A DNA stretch of 64,000 nucleotides from the human T2T-CHM13v2.0 reference genome, Homo sapiens (GCF_009914755.1 NC_060929.1); one strand, 5' to 3'. Counted from the stretch's first letter, positions 15,200 through 30,659 are shown. A program made the numbers and translations. Notes: generated by a model not told the origin, from the letters alone.

Positions 15200-17800
15200 T
15201 GATTCCATTCCATTCCATTCCATTCCGTTCCATTGCATTCCATTCCATTCCATTCCATTCCATTCCATTCCATTCCATTCCCATCTGCTCCGTCCCATTC
15301 CATCCCTTTCCATTCGGGTTGATTCAATTCAATTCCTTTACACTCCATTCCCTTCCATTCCACGCAATTCCATTCCATTCCATTCCATTTCATGTGGGTT
15401 CAATGCATTCTATTCCATTTTGTTCCATTCATTTCTATTCCGTAGCATTCCATTCCATTACATTCTATTCCATTCCATGCAATTCTACTCGGGTTGATTT
15501 CATGCCATTCAATTCCATTCCATTCCACTCGGGTTGATTCCATTCCATTCCTTTCCATTCCATTCCACTCGGGTTGATTCCATTCCATTCCTTTCCATTC
15601 CATTCCATTCCCTTCCATTCCACTCGGGTTGATTCCATTCCTTTCCATTCCATTCGGGTTGAATCCATTCCATTCCATGCAATTCCATTCGATTCCATTC
15701 CATTGCACTAGGGTTGATTCCATTCCATTCCATTCCATTCCATTCCATTCCATTCCATTCCGCTCCATTCCATTCGGGATGATTCCATTCCATTCCATTC
15801 CATTCCATTCCATTCCATTCCATTCCACTCTGTTTGATTCAGTTCCATTCCATTCCACTCCATGCGATTTGATTCCATTCCATTCCATTCCCTTCCATTC
15901 CACTCGTGTTGATTCCATTTCCATTGCACTCGATTACATTCCCTTCCATTCCACTCGCAATGATTCCATTCCATTCCATTCCCTTCCATTCCCTTCCATT
16001 GCATTCCATTCCAATCCATTCCATTCCATTCCATTCCACTCGATTTGATTAAATTCCCTTCCATTCCATTCCATTCTGTTCCATTCCATTCTATTCCATT
16101 CGGGTTGATTCTATTCAATTCCTTTACACTCCATTCCATTCTATTCAATTCTACACAATTCCATTCCATTCCATTCCATTCCATTCCATTCCATTCCATT
16201 CCACTCCATTCCAATCGGGTTGAATCCATTCAATTCCATTCCATTCCATTCCATTCCATTCCATTCCATTCCATTCCATTGCATTCTGGTAGATTCCATT
16301 CCATTCCATTCCATTCCATTCCATTCCATTCCAATCCATTCCATTCCATTCCATTCCGCTCCATTCCATTCGGGATGATTCCATTCCATTCCATTCCACT
16401 CCATTCCATTCCATTCCATTCCATTCTGTTTGATTCAGTTCCATTCCATTCCATTGCACGCGATTTGATTCCATTCCTTTCTATTCCGTTTCATTCCATT
16501 CCACGCCATACGATTCCATTCCCTTCCATTCCAAACTGGTACATTCCATTTCATTCCATTCCATTCCATTCCATTCCATTCCATTCCATTGCACTCGGGT
16601 TGAATCCATTCCTTTCCATTCCACTCGATTACATTCCCTTCCATTCCACTCGGAATGATTCCATTCCATTACATTCCATTCTATTGCATTCCATTCCAAT
16701 CCATTCCATTCTACCCGAGTTGATTCCATTCCATTCCATTCCGTTCCATTCCATTCCTTTCCATTCCATTCCATTCCATTCCATTCGGGTTGATTCTATT
16801 CAATTTCTTTACACTCTATTCCATTCCATAACATTCCACACAATTCATTCCATTCCATTCCACTCCAATTGCGTTGAATCCATTTCATTCCATTTCGTTC
16901 CATTCCATTCTATTCCATACCATTCAATGCCATTCCATTCCTTTCCTTTCCATGCAATTCCACTCGGGTTGATTCCATTTCATTCCATTCTATTCGGGTT
17001 GATTCCATTCCATTCCATTACATTACATTCCATTTCATTCCATTCCATTATATTCCATACCATTCCATTCCATTCCTTTCCATTCCATTCCATTCCATGC
17101 CATTCCACTCGGGTTGATTCCATTCCTTTCCATTACATTCGGGTTGAATCCATTCCATTCCATTCCATTCCATTCCATTCCATTCCATTCCATTGCACTC
17201 GCGTTGATTCCATTCCATTCCATTCCATTCTATTCCACTCCATTCCATTCGGGATTATTCCATTCCATTCCATTCCATTCTATTCCATTCCACTCTGTTT
17301 TATTCAGTTCCATTCCATTCCATTCCACATGATTTGATTCCATTCCATTCTATTACTTTTCTTTCCATTCCACGCCATACGATTCCATTCCATTCCATTC
17401 CATTCGGGTACATTCCATTGCATTCCTTTCCATTCCATTTCATTCTGGTAGATTCCATTTCATTCCATTCCATTCCATTCCATTCCATTCCATTCCATTC
17501 CATTCCATTCCATTCCATTGCACTCGGGTTGATTCCATTCCTTTCCATTCCACTCGATTACATTCCCATCCAATCTACTCGGAATGATTCCACTCCATTC
17601 CATTCCATTCCATTCCATTCCATTCCATTCCATTCCATTCCATTTCGTTCTATACCATTCTATTCCGTACCATTCTATTCCATTCCTTTCCATTCTATTC
17701 CATTCCATGCCATTCAACTCAGGTTGATTCCATTCCTTTCCATTCTATTCGGGTTGAATCCATTCCATTCCGTTCAATTCCATTCGATTCCATTCCATTG
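15200..17800 (+). repeat. Segment paralogous to ~42100-45200 (offset ~26.9-27.4 kb)
   Basis: CCATCTGCTCCGTCCC (15281/42192), TGATTAAATTCCC (~16046/42972), CCAAACTGG (16531/43392). ORF pairs at offset 26926. Confidence 0.8.
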
Positions 17801-18193
17801 CACTCGGTTTGATTCCATTCTATTCCATTCCATTCCATTCCAATCCATTCCATTCCATTCCACTCCATTCCATTAGGGATGATTCCATTCCATTCCATTC
17901 CATTCCATTCCATTCCATTCCATTCCATTCCATTCCATTCCATTCCATTCCATTCTGTTTGATTCAGTTTCATTCCATTCCATTCCACGCGATTTCATTC
18001 CATTCCATTCTATTCCGTTTCATTCCATTCCACGCCATAAGATTACATTCCATTCCATTCCATACGGGTACATTCCATTCCATTCCATTCCATTCCATTC
18101 CATTCCATTCCATTGGATTCTGGTAGATTCCATTCCATTCCATTCCATTCCATTCCATTCCATTCCATTCCATTCCATTGCACTCGGGTTGAT

Positions 18194-18326
18194 TCCATTC
18201 CTTTCCATTCCCCTCGATTACATTCCCTTCCATTCCTCTCGGAATGATTCCATTCCATTATATTCCATTCCTTTCCATTCCCCTCGATTACATTCCCTTC
18301 CATTCCTCTCGGAATGATTCCATTCC
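18194..18326 (+). repeat. 70-bp tandem duplication
   Basis: CTTTCCATTCCCCTCGATTACATTCCCTTCCATTCCTCTCGGAATGATTCC at 18201 and 18271. The paralogue near 31320 has a single related copy. Confidence 0.9.
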
Positions 18327-19620
18327 TTTATATTCCATTCCATTGCATTCCATTCCAATCCATTCCATTCCACTCGAGTTGATTCCATTCCATTGCATTC
18401 CATTCTATTCCATTCCATTCGGGTTGATTCTTTTCAATTCCTTTACACTCCATTCCATTCCATTCCATTCCACACAATTCATTCCATTCCATTCCACTCC
18501 AATTGGGTTGAATCCATTTCATTCCATTCCGTTACATTCCATTCTATTCTGTACCATTCCATTCCATTCATTTCCTTACCATTCCATGCCATTCCAATCG
18601 GGTTGATTCCATTTCATTCCTTTCTATTCGGCTTGATTCCATTCCATTCCATTCCATTCCATTCCATTCCATTCCATTCCATTCCATTCCATTTCTTTCC
18701 ATTCCATTCCACTCTGGTTGATTCCATTCTATTCTTTTACATTCCATTCCGTTCCCTTCCATTCCACTTGGGTTGATTCCATTCCTTTCCATTCCACTCG
18801 AATACATTCCCTTCTATTCCACTCGGAATGATTCCACTGCATTCCATTCCATTCCATTCCATTCCATTCCATTCCATTCCATTCCATTCCATTTCGTTTC
18901 ATTCCATTCTATTCCGTACCATTCCATTCCATTCCTTTCCATTCTATTCCATTCCCTGACATTCCACTCGGGTTGATTCAATTCCTTTCCATTCCATTCG
19001 GCTTCAATCCATTCCATTCCATTCCATTCCAGTCGATTCCATTCGACTGCACTCGGGTTGATTCCATTCCAATCCATTCCATTCCATTGCATTCCATTCG
19101 AATCCGCTCCATTCCATTTGGGATGATTCCATTCCATTCCATTCCATTCCCTTCCATTCCACTCGGGTTGATTCCATTCCTTTCCATTCCACTCGATTAC
19201 ATTCCCTTCCATTCCACTCGGAATGATTACATTCCATTACATTCCGTTCCATTGCATTCCATTCCAATCCATCCCATTCCACTCGAGTTGATTCCATTCG
19301 ATTCCATTCCATTCCATTCCATTCCATTCCATTCCATTCCACTTTGGTTGTTTCCATTCTATTCTTTTCCATTCCATTCCCTTCCCTTCCATTCCACTCG
19401 GGTTGATTCCATTCCCTTCCATTCCACTCGAATACATTCCCTTCTATTCCACTCGGAATGTTTCCACTCCATTCCATTACATTTCGTTCCATTCCATTCT
19501 CTTCCGTACCATTCCATTCCATTCCTTTCCATTCTATTCCATTCCATGCCATTTCACTCGGGTTGATTCTACTCCTTTCCATTCCATTCGGGTTGAATCC
19601 ATTCCATTCCATTCCATTCC

Positions 19621-19885
19621 ATTGCATTCGGGTTGATTCCATTCCATTCCATTCTATTCCATTCCATTCCATTCCATTCCATTCCATTCCATTCCATTCC
19701 ATTACGCTCCATTCCATTCGGGATGATTCCACTCCATTCCATTCCATTCCATTCCATTGCATTCGGGTTGATTCCATTCCATTCCATTCCATTCCATTCC
19801 ATTCCATTCCATTCCATTCCATTCCATTACGCTCCATTCCATTCGGGATGATTCCACTCCATTCCATTCCATTCCATTCCATTGC
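19621..19885 (+). repeat. ~130-bp tandem duplication
   Basis: ATTGCATTCGGGTTG...ATTACGCTCCATTCCATTCGGGATGATTCCACTCC occurs twice, at 19621 and 19756. Confidence 0.85.
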
Positions 19886-20994
19886 ACTCAGTTTGATTCA
19901 GTTCCATTCCATTCCATTCCACACGATTTGATTCCATTCAATTCTATTCCGTTTCTTTCCATTCCACGCCATACGATTCCATTGCATTCCATTCCATTCG
20001 GGTACATTCCATTCCATTCCGTTCCATTCTATTCCATTTCATTCTGTTAGATTCCATTCCAATCCATTCCATTCCATTGCACTCGGGTTGATTCCATTCC
20101 TTTGCATTCCACTCGATTACATTCCCTTCCATTCCACTCGGAATGATTCCATTCCATTACATTCCATTCCATTGCATTCCATTCCAATCCATTCCATTCC
20201 ACTCGAGTTGATTCCATTCCTTTCCATTCCGTTCCATTCCATTCCTTCACATTCCATTCCATTCCATTCCATTCGGGTTGATTCTTTTCAATTCTTTTAC
20301 ATTCTATTCCATTCCATTCCATTCCACACAATTCCATTCCATTCCATTCCACTCCAATTGGGTTGAATCCATTTCATTCCATTTCGTTCCATTCCATTCT
20401 ATTCCATACCATTGCATTCCATTCATTTCCTTACCATAGCATGCCATTCCAATCGGGTTGATTCCATTTCATTCCTTTCTATTCTGGTTCATTCCATTCC
20501 ATTCCATTCCATTCCATTCCATTCCATTCCATTCCATTCCATTGTACTCGAGTTGATTCCATTCCATTCCATTCCATTCCATTCCATTCCTTTCCATTCC
20601 ATTCCACTCTGGTTGATTCCATTCTATTCTTTTCCATTCCATTCCGTTCCCTTCTATTCCACTCGGAATGATTCCACTCCATTCCATTCCATTCCATTCC
20701 ATTCCATTCCATTCCATTCCATTCCATTCCATTTCATTCCATTCCCTTTCGTTCCATTCCATTCTATTCCGTACCATTCCATTCCATTCCTTTCCATTCT
20801 ATTCCATTCCATGCCTTTCCACTCGGGTTGATTCCATTCCTTTCCATTCCATTCGTGTTGAATCCATTCCATTCCATTCCATTCCATTTGGTTCCATGCC
20901 ATTGCACTCGGGTTGATTCCATTCCATTCCATTCCATTCCACTCCATTCCATTCCATTCCATTCCACACAATTCCATTGCATTCCATTCCATTC

Positions 20995-21275
20995 CATCCC
21001 AATTGGGTTGAATCCATTCTATTCCATTTCGTTCCATTCTATTCCGTACCATTCCATTCCATTCCTTTGCATTCCGTTCCACTCCATTCCATTCGGGTTG
21101 AGTCCATTCAATTCCTTTACACTCCATTCCATTCCATACCAATTGGTTTGAATCCATTCTATTCCATTTCGTTCCATTCTATTCCGTACCATTCCATTCC
21201 ATTCCCTTGCATTCCGTTCCACTCCATTCCATTCGGGTTGATTCTATTCAATTCCTTTACACTCCATTCCATTCC
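20995..21275 (+). repeat. 140-bp tandem duplication, also present at ~34060-34340
   Basis: AATTGG(G/T)TTGAATCCATTCTATTCCATTTCGTTCCATTCTATTCCGTACC...TTGCATTCCGTTCCACTCC at 21001 and 21141. The same doublet occurs at 34063/34203. Confidence 0.88.
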
Positions 21276-24200
21276 ATTCCATTCCACACAATTCCATTCC
21301 ATTCGATTCCATTGCAATTGGGTTGAATCCATTCCGTTCCATTTCGTTCCATTCCTTTCTATTGCGTACCATTCCATTCCATTCCATTCCTTTCCTTTCC
21401 CTTCCATTCCACTCGTGTTGATTCCATTCCTTTCCATTCCACTCTATTACATTCCCTTCCATTCCACTCGGAATGATTCCATTCCATTCCATTCCATTGC
21501 ATTCCATTCCATTTCAATCCATTCCAATCCATCCCATTCCACTCGAGTTGATTCCATTCCATTCCATTCTATTCCATTCCATTCCACTTTGGTTGTTTCC
21601 ATTCTATTCTTTTCCATTCCATTCCCTTCCCTTCCATTCCACTCGGGTTGATTCCATTCCTTTCCATTCCACTCGAATACATTCCGTTCTATTCCACTCG
21701 GAATGTTTCCACTCCATTCCATTCCATTTCGTTCCATTCCATTCTATTCCGTACCATTCCATTCCATTCCTTTCCATTCTATTCCATTCCATGCCATTTC
21801 ACTCGGGTTGATTCCATTCCTTTCAATTCCATTCGGGTTGAATCCATTCCATTCCATTCCATTCCATTCCATTCCATTCCATTCCACTCTGTTTTATTCA
21901 GTTCCATTCCATTCCATTCCACGCGATTTGATTCCATTCCATTCTATTCCGTTTCTGTCCATTCCACGCCATACGATTCCATTGCATTCCATTCCATTCG
22001 GGTACATTCCATTCCATTCCATTCCATTATATACCATTTCATTCTGTTAGATCCCATTCCATTCCATTCCATTCCATTGCACTCGGGTTGATTCCATTCC
22101 TTTCCATTCCACTCGATTACATTCCCTTCCATTCCTCTCGGAATGATTCCATTCCATTACATTAAATTCCATTGCATTCCATTCCAATTCATTCCATTCC
22201 ACTCGAGTTGATTCCATTCCATTCCATTCCATTCCATTCCATTCCATTCCTTCACATTCCATTCCATTCCATTCCATTTGGGTTGATTCTTTTCAATTCC
22301 TTTACAGTCTCTTCCATTCCATTCCATTCCACACAATTCCATTCCATTCCATTCCACTCCAATTGGGTTGAATCCATTTCAGTCCATTTCGTTCCATTCC
22401 ATTCTCTTCTGTACCATTCCATTCCATTCATTTCCTTACCATACCATGCCATTTTAATCGGGTTGATTCCATTTCATTCCTTTCTATTCTGGTTCATTCC
22501 ATTCCGTTCCATTCCATTCCATTCCATTCCATTGCACTCGAGTTGATTCCATTCCATTCCATTCCATTCCATTCCATTCCTTTCCATTCCATTCCACTCT
22601 GGTTGATTCCATTCTATTCTTTTCCATTCCATTCCGTTCCCTTCCATTCCACTTGGGTTGATTCCATTCCTTTCCATTCCACTCGAATACATTCCTTCTA
22701 TTCCACTCGGAATGATTCCACTCCATTTCATTCCATTCCATTCCATTCCATTCCATTCCATTCCATTCCATTTCGTTCCATTCCATTCTATTCCGTACCA
22801 TTCCATTCCATTCCTTTCCATTCTATTCCATTCCATGGCATTCCACTCGGGTTGATTCCATTCCTTTCCATTCCATTCGGGTTTAATCCATTCCATTCCA
22901 TTCCATTCCATTCCATTCCATTCCATTCCATGCCATTGCACTCGGGTTGATTCCATTCCATTCCATTCCATTCCACTCCATTCCATTCCATTCCATTCCA
23001 TTCCATTCCACAAAATTCCATTGCATTCCATTCCATTCCATCCAAATTGAGTTGAATCCATTCTATTCCGTTTCGTTCCATTCTATTCCGTACCATTCCA
23101 TCCCATTCCTTTGCATTCCGTTCCACTCCATTCCATTCGGGTTGATTCTATTCAATTCCTTTACACTCCATTCCATTCCATTCCATTCCACACAATTCCA
23201 TTCCATTTGCTTCCATTCCAATTGGGTTGAATCCATTCCGTTCCATTTCGTTCCATTCCTTTCTATTGCGTACCATTCCATTCCATTCCATTCCTTTCCA
23301 TTCCATGCCATTCCACTCGGGTTGATTCCATTTCATTCCATTCTGTTCGTGTTCATTCCATTCCATTCAATTCCATGCCATTCCATTCCATTCCCTTGCA
23401 CTCGAGTTGATTCCATTCCATTCCATTCCATTCCATTATTTTCCATTCCATTCCACTCGGGTTGATTCCATTCTATTCTTTTCCATTCCATTCCATTCCC
23501 TTCCATTCCACTCGGGTTGATTCCATTCCTTTCCATTCCACTCGAAAACATTCCCTTTTATTCCACTCGGAATGATTGCACTCCATTCCATTCCATTCCA
23601 TTCAATTTCGTTCCATTGCATTCTATTCCGTACCATTCCATTCCATTGCATTCCATTCCATTCCATTCCATTCCATTCCATTCCATGCCATTCCACTCGG
23701 GTTGATTCCATTCCTTTCCATTACATTCGGGTTGAATCCATTCCATTCCATTCCATTCCATTCCATTCCATTCCATTGCACTTGGGTTGATTCAGTTCCA
23801 TTCCATTCCATTTCACTCCATTCCATTCCACTCCATTCCATTCGGGATAATTCCATTCCATTCCATTCCATTCCATTCCACCCTGTATGATTCAGTTCCA
23901 TTCCATTCAATTCCATGCGATTTGATTCCATTCCATTCTATTCCGTTTCATTCCATTCCACGCCATACGATTCCATTCCATTCCAATCCATTCGGGTACA
24001 TTCCACTCCATTTCATTCCATTCCATTCCATTCCTTTCTGGTAGTTTCCATTCCATTCCATTCCCTTCCATTCCATTCCATTCCATTGCACTCGGATTGA
24101 TTCCATTCCTTTCCATTCCACTCGATTACATTCACTTCCATTCCACTCGGAATGATTCCATTCCATTCCATTCCATTCCATTCCATTCCGTTCCGTTCCA

Positions 24201-25789
24201 TTCCATTCCATTCAATTCGGGTTGATCCTATTCAATTCCTTTACACTCCATTCCATTCCATTCCATTACACAGAATTCCATTCCATTCCATACCATACCA
24301 TTCCAATTGTGTTGAATCCATTCTATTCCATTTTGTTCCATTCCATTTTATTCCGTACCATTCCACTCCTATCCATTCCATTCCATTCCATGCCATTCCA
24401 CTCGGGTTGATTCCATTTCACTCCATTCCATTCTGGTTGATTCCATTCCATTCCATTCCATTCCATTCCATTCCATTGCTCTCGGGTTGATTCCATTCGA
24501 TTCGATTCCATTCCATTCCATTCTATTCCATTCCGTTCGTTTCCATTCCATTCCACTCGTGTTGATTCCATTCCATTCCTTTCCTTTCCATTCCATTCCC
24601 TTCCATTCCACTCGTGTTAATTCCATTTCCATTCCACTCGATTACATTGCCTTCCATTCCACTCGGAATGATTCCTTTCCATTCCATTCACTTGCATTCT
24701 CTTCCATTGCATTCCATTCCAATCCATTCCATTCCATTCCATTCCACTCGATTTGATTCCATTCCATTCCATTCCATTCCGTTCCGTTCCATTCCATTCC
24801 ACTCGGGTTGATTCTATTCAATTCCTTTACACTCCACTCCCTTCTATTCAATTCCACACAATTCCATTCCATTCCATTCCATTCCAATCGGGTTGAATCC
24901 ATTCCATTCCATTCCATTCCATTCCATTCCATTCCATTGCATAGCACTCGGGTTGATTCCATTCCTTTCCATTCCACTCGATAACATTCACTTCCATTCC
25001 ACTCGGAATGATTCCATTCCATTCCATTTCATTCCATTGCATTCCATTCCAATGCATTCCATTCCATTCCACCCGAGTTGATCCAATTCCGTTCCATTCC
25101 ATTCCATTCCATTCCATTCCGTTGCATTCCATTCCATTCAATTCGGGTTGATTCTATTCAATTCCTTTACACTCCATTCCATTCCATTCCATTCCACACA
25201 ATTCCATTCCATTCCATACCATACCATTCCAATTGGGTTGAATCCATTCCATTCCATTTCGTTCCATTCCATTCTATTCTGTACCATTCCACTCCTTTCC
25301 ATTCCATGCCATTCCACTCGGGTTGATTCCATTAAATTCCATTCCATTCGGGTTGATTCCATTCCATTCGATTCCATTCCTTTCCATTCCATTGCTCTCG
25401 GGTTGATTCCATTCCATTCCATTCCATTCCATTCTATTCGTTTCCATTCCTTTCCACTCGTGTTGATTTCATTCCATTCATTTCCATTCCATTCCATTAC
25501 CTTCCATTCCACTCGTGTTGATTCCATTTCCATTCCACTCGATTACATTCCCTTCCATTCCACTCGGAATGATTCCATTTCATTCCATTCCCTTCCTTTC
25601 CCTTCCATTGCATTCCATTCCAATCCATTCCATTCCATTCCATTCCACTCGAGTTGATTCCATTCCATTCCATTCCATTTCTTTCCATTCCATTACATTC
25701 CATTCGGGTTGATTCTATTCAATTCCTTTACACTCCATTCCATTCTATTCAATTCCACACAATTCCATTCCATTCCATTCCATTCCATT

Positions 25790-26650
25790 CCTTTCCATTC
25801 CATGCTATTCCACTTGGGGTGATTCCATTTCATTCCATTCTATTCGGGTTGATTCCATTCCATTCCATTCCATTCCGTTCCATTCCATTCCATTCCATTG
25901 CATTCCATTCCATTCCATTGCACTCGAGTTGATTCCATTCCATTCCATTCCATTGCATTCCATTCCTTTTCATTCCATTCCTCTCGGGTTGATTCCATTC
26001 TATTCCTTTCCATTCCATTCCATTCCCTTATATTCCACTCGGGTTGATTCCATTCCTTTCCATTCCACTCGAATACATTCCCTTCTATTCCACTCGGATT
26101 GATTCCTTTCCATTCCATTCCATTTCGTTCCATTCCATTTTATTCCGTAACATTCCATTCCATTCCATTCCATTCCATTTCGTTCCATTCCATTCTATTC
26201 CGTACCATTCCATTCCATTCCATTCCTTTCCATTCCATGCCATTCCACTCTCGTTGATTCCATTTCATTCCATTCTATTCGGGTTGATTCCATTCCATTC
26301 CATTCCACTCCATTCCGTTCCATTCTATTCCATTCCATTCCATTCCATTCCATTGCACTCGAGTTGATTCCATTCCGTTCCATTCCATTGCATTCCATTC
26401 CTTTTCATTCCATTCCTCTCGGGTTGATTCCATTCTATTCCTTTCCATTCCATTCCATTCCCTTATATTACACTCGGGTTGATTCCATTCCTTTCCTTTC
26501 CACTCGAATACATTCCCTTCTATTCCAGTCGGAATGATTCCTTTCCATTCCATTCCATTTCGTTCCATTCCAATTAATTCCGTAACATTCCATTCCATTC
26601 CATTCCATTCCATTTCGTTCCATTCCATTCTATTCCATACCATTCCATTC
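25790..26650 (+). repeat. ~435-bp tandem duplication
   Basis: CATTCCTTTTCATTCCATTCCTCTCGGGTTG and CCCTTATATT occur at ~25961/26396 and ~26025/26460. Paralogues at ~12.0 kb and ~39.0 kb have a single copy. Confidence 0.82.
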
Positions 26651-29600
26651 CATTCCATTCCATTCCATTCCATTCCATTCCATTCCATTCCATGCCATTC
26701 CACTCGGGTTGATTCCATTCCTTTCCACTCCATTCGCGTTGAATCCATTCCATTCCATTCCATTTCATGACATTCCATTCCATTGCACTCGGGATGATTC
26801 CATTCAATTCCATCCCATTCCATTCCATTCCATTCCATTCCATTCCATTCCATTCCTTTCCATTCCCTTCCATCACACTCTGTGTGATTCAGTTCCATTC
26901 CATTCCATTCCACGCGATTTGATTCCATTCCTTTCTATTCCGTTTCATTCCATTCCACGCCATACGATTCCATTGCATTCCATCCCACTCGGGTACATTC
27001 TATTCCATTCCATTCCATTCCATTCCATTCCATTGCACTCGAGTTGATTCCATTCCATTCCATTCCATTCCATTCCATTTCATTCCATTCCACTCCATTC
27101 CATTCGGGATGATTCCATTCCATTCCATTCCATTCCATTCCATTCCATTCCATTCCATTCCTTTCCATTCCATTCCACTCGGGTTGATTGCATTCCATTC
27201 CTTTCCATTCCATTCCATTCCCTTCCATTCCACTCGGGTTGATTCCATTCCTGTCCATTTCACTCGATTACATTCCCTTCCATTCAACTCGGAATGATTC
27301 AATTCCATCCCATTCCATTCCATTCCATTCCATTCCATTCCATTCCATTCCATTCCATTCGGGGTGATTCCATTCCATTCCATTGCATTCCATTCCAATC
27401 CATTCCATTCCATTCCATTCCACTCGCGTTGATTCCATTCCATTCCATTCCATTCCATTGCTTTCAATTCCATTCCACTCGGCTTGATTCCATTCTATTC
27501 TTTTCCATTCCATTCCATTCCCTTCCATTCCACTGGGGTTGATTCCATTCCTTTCCATTCCACTCGAAAATATACCCTTTTATTCCACTCGGAATGATTC
27601 CACTCCATTCCATTCCATTCCGTTCAATTTCATTCCATTAAATTCTATTCCGTACCACTCCATTCCATTCCATTCCATTCCATTCCATTCCATTCCATTC
27701 CATGCCATTCCACTCGGGTTGATTCCATTCCTTTCCATTACATTCTGGTTGAATCCATTCCATTCCATTCCATTCCATTCCATTCCATTCCGTTCCATTG
27801 CACTTGGGTTGATTCCATTCCATTCCAATCCATTCCACTCCATTCCATTCCATTCCACTCCATTCCATTCGGGATGATTCCATTCCACTCTGTTTGATTC
27901 AGTTCCATTCCATTCGATTCCATGCGATTTGATTCCATTCCATTCTATTCCGTTTCATTCCATTCCACGCCATACGATTCCATTCCATTCCATTCCATTC
28001 GGGTACATTCCACTCCATTTCATTCCATTCCGTTCCATTCCTTTCTGGTAGATTCCATTCCATTCCTTTCCATTCCATTCCATTCCATTCCATTCCACTC
28101 CATTCCATTCCTTTCCATTCCATTCCACACGAATTAATTCCATTCTATTCTTTTCCATTCCATTCCATTCCCTTCCATTCCACTCGGGGTGATTCCATTC
28201 CTTTCCATTCCACTTGAATACATTCCCTTCTATTCAACTCTGAATGCTTCCATTGCATTCCATTCCATTCCATTCCATTCCATTCCATTCCATTCCATTC
28301 CATTCCATTCCATTCCATTGCTCTTGGGTTGATTCCATTCCAATTTGATTCCATTCCATTCTATTCGTTTCCATTCCATTCCACTCGCGTTGATTCCATT
28401 CCATTCCTTTCCATTCCATTCCATTCCCTCCCATTCCACTCGTGTTGATTCCATTTCCATTCCACTCGATTACATTGCCTTCCATTCCACTCGGAATGAT
28501 TCCATTCCATTCCATTCACTTCCATTCCCTTCCATTGCATTCCATTCCAATCCATTCCATTCCTTTCCATTCCACTCGATTTGATTCCATTCCATTCCAT
28601 TCCATTCCATTCCGTTCCATTCCATTCCATTCCATTCCATTCCATTCCATTCGTGTTGATTCTATTCAATTCCTTTATACTCCATTCCATTCTATTGAAT
28701 TCCACACAATTCCATTCCATTCCATTCCATTCCAATCGGGTTGAATCCATTCCATTCCATTCCATTCCATTCCATTCCATTCCATTCCATTGCATAGCAC
28801 TCGGGTTGATTCCATTCCTTTCCATTCCACTCGATTGCATTCACTTCCATTCCAGTCGGAATGATTCCATTCCATTCCATTGCATTCCATTCCAATCCAT
28901 TCCATACCATTCCATTCCACTCGAGTTGATTTCATTCCATTCCATTCCATTGCATTCCATTCCATTCCATTCCATTCCATTCCATTCCATTCCATTCCAT
29001 TCCATTCCATTGCATTCCATTCCATTCCATTCCATTCCATTCCATTCCATTCCATTCCATTCCATTCCTTTACATTACATTCAATTCGGGTTGATTCTAT
29101 TCAATTCTTTACACTCCATTCCATTCCATTCCAATTGGGTTGAATCCATTCCATTCCACTTCGTTCCATTCCATTCTATTCCGTTCCATTCCATTCCATT
29201 CCATTCCATTCCATTCCATTCCATTGCATTCGGTTCCATTCCATTCCATTCTGGTTGCTTCTATTCGATTCCTTTACACTTAATTCCTTTCCATTCGTTT
29301 CCCCACAATTCCATTCCATTCCATTCCATTCCAAATGGGTTGAGTCCATTCCGTTCCATTTCTTTCCATTCCATTCTATTCCGTACCATTCCATTCCATT
29401 CCATTCCTTTCCATTCCATGCCACTTCACTCGGGTTGATTCCATTCCATTCCATTCTATTCGTGTTGATTCCATTCCATTCCATTCCATTCCATTCCATT
29501 CCATTCCATTCCATTTCGTTGCACTCGAGTTGTTTCCGTTCCATTCCATTCCATTCCACTGGGGTTGATTCCATTCTATTACTTTCCATTCCATTCCATA

Positions 29601-30659
29601 CTCTTCCATTCCACTCGGGTTGATTCCATTCCTTTCCATTACACTCGAATACATTCCCTTCTATTCCACTCGGAATGATTCCATTCCATTCCATTCCCTT
29701 CCATTCACTTCCATTGCATTCCATTCCAATCCATTCCATTCCATTCCATTCCACTCTAGTTGATTCCATTCCATTCCATTCCACTCCATTCCATTCCATT
29801 GCGTTCCTTTCCATTCCATTCTTTTCGGGTTGATTCTATTCAATTTCTTTACACTCCATTCCATTCCATTCAATTCCAAACAGTTCCATTTCATTCCATT
29901 CCATTCCATTCCATTCCTTTCCATTCCATTCCATTGCATTCCATTGTAGTCGAGTTGATTCCATTCCATTCCATTCCATTCCTTTCGATTCCATTCCACT
30001 CTGGTTGATTCCATTCTATTCTTTTCCATTCCATTCCGTTGGCTTCCATTCCACTCGGGTTGATTCCATTCCTTTCCATTCCACTCGATTACATTCCCTT
30101 CTATTGCACTCGGAATGATTCTACTCCATTCCATTCCATTCCATTCCATTCCGTTCCATTCCATTCCATTCCATTCCATTTCGTTGCATTCCATTCTATT
30201 CCGTACCATTCCATTCCATTCCTTTCCATTCTATTCCATTCCATGCCATTTCACTCGGGTTGATTCCATTCCATTACATTCCATTCGGGTTGAATCCATT
30301 CCATTCCATTCCATTCCATTCCATTCCATTCCATTCCATTCCATTGCACTCGGGTTGATTCCATTCCATTCCATTCCATTCCATTCCATTCCATTCCATT
30401 CCGCTCCATTCCGCTCCATTCCATTCGGGATGATTCCATTCCATTCCATTCCATTCCATTCCATTCCATTCCATTCCATTCCACTCTGTTTGATTCAGTT
30501 CCATTTCATTCCATTCCACACGATTTGATTCCATTCCATTCTCTTCCGTTTCTTTCCATTCCATGCCATACGTTTCCATTCTATTCCATTCCATTCGAGT
30601 AAATTCCATTCCATTCCATTCCATTCCATTCCATTTCATTCTGGTAGATTCCATTCCAT

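Larger units (their letters stand above)
17500..27950 (+). repeat. Copy 1 of a degenerate ~13-kb higher-order unit
   Basis: Colinear rare variants shared with 30660-40400 at offsets ~12.4-13.2 kb: CATTCCCATCC, CATACGGGTA, CATTGGATTCTGGTAG, CAGTCGATTCC. A 224-aa pseudo-ORF pair 20977/34039 lies at offset 13062. Confidence 0.82.
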
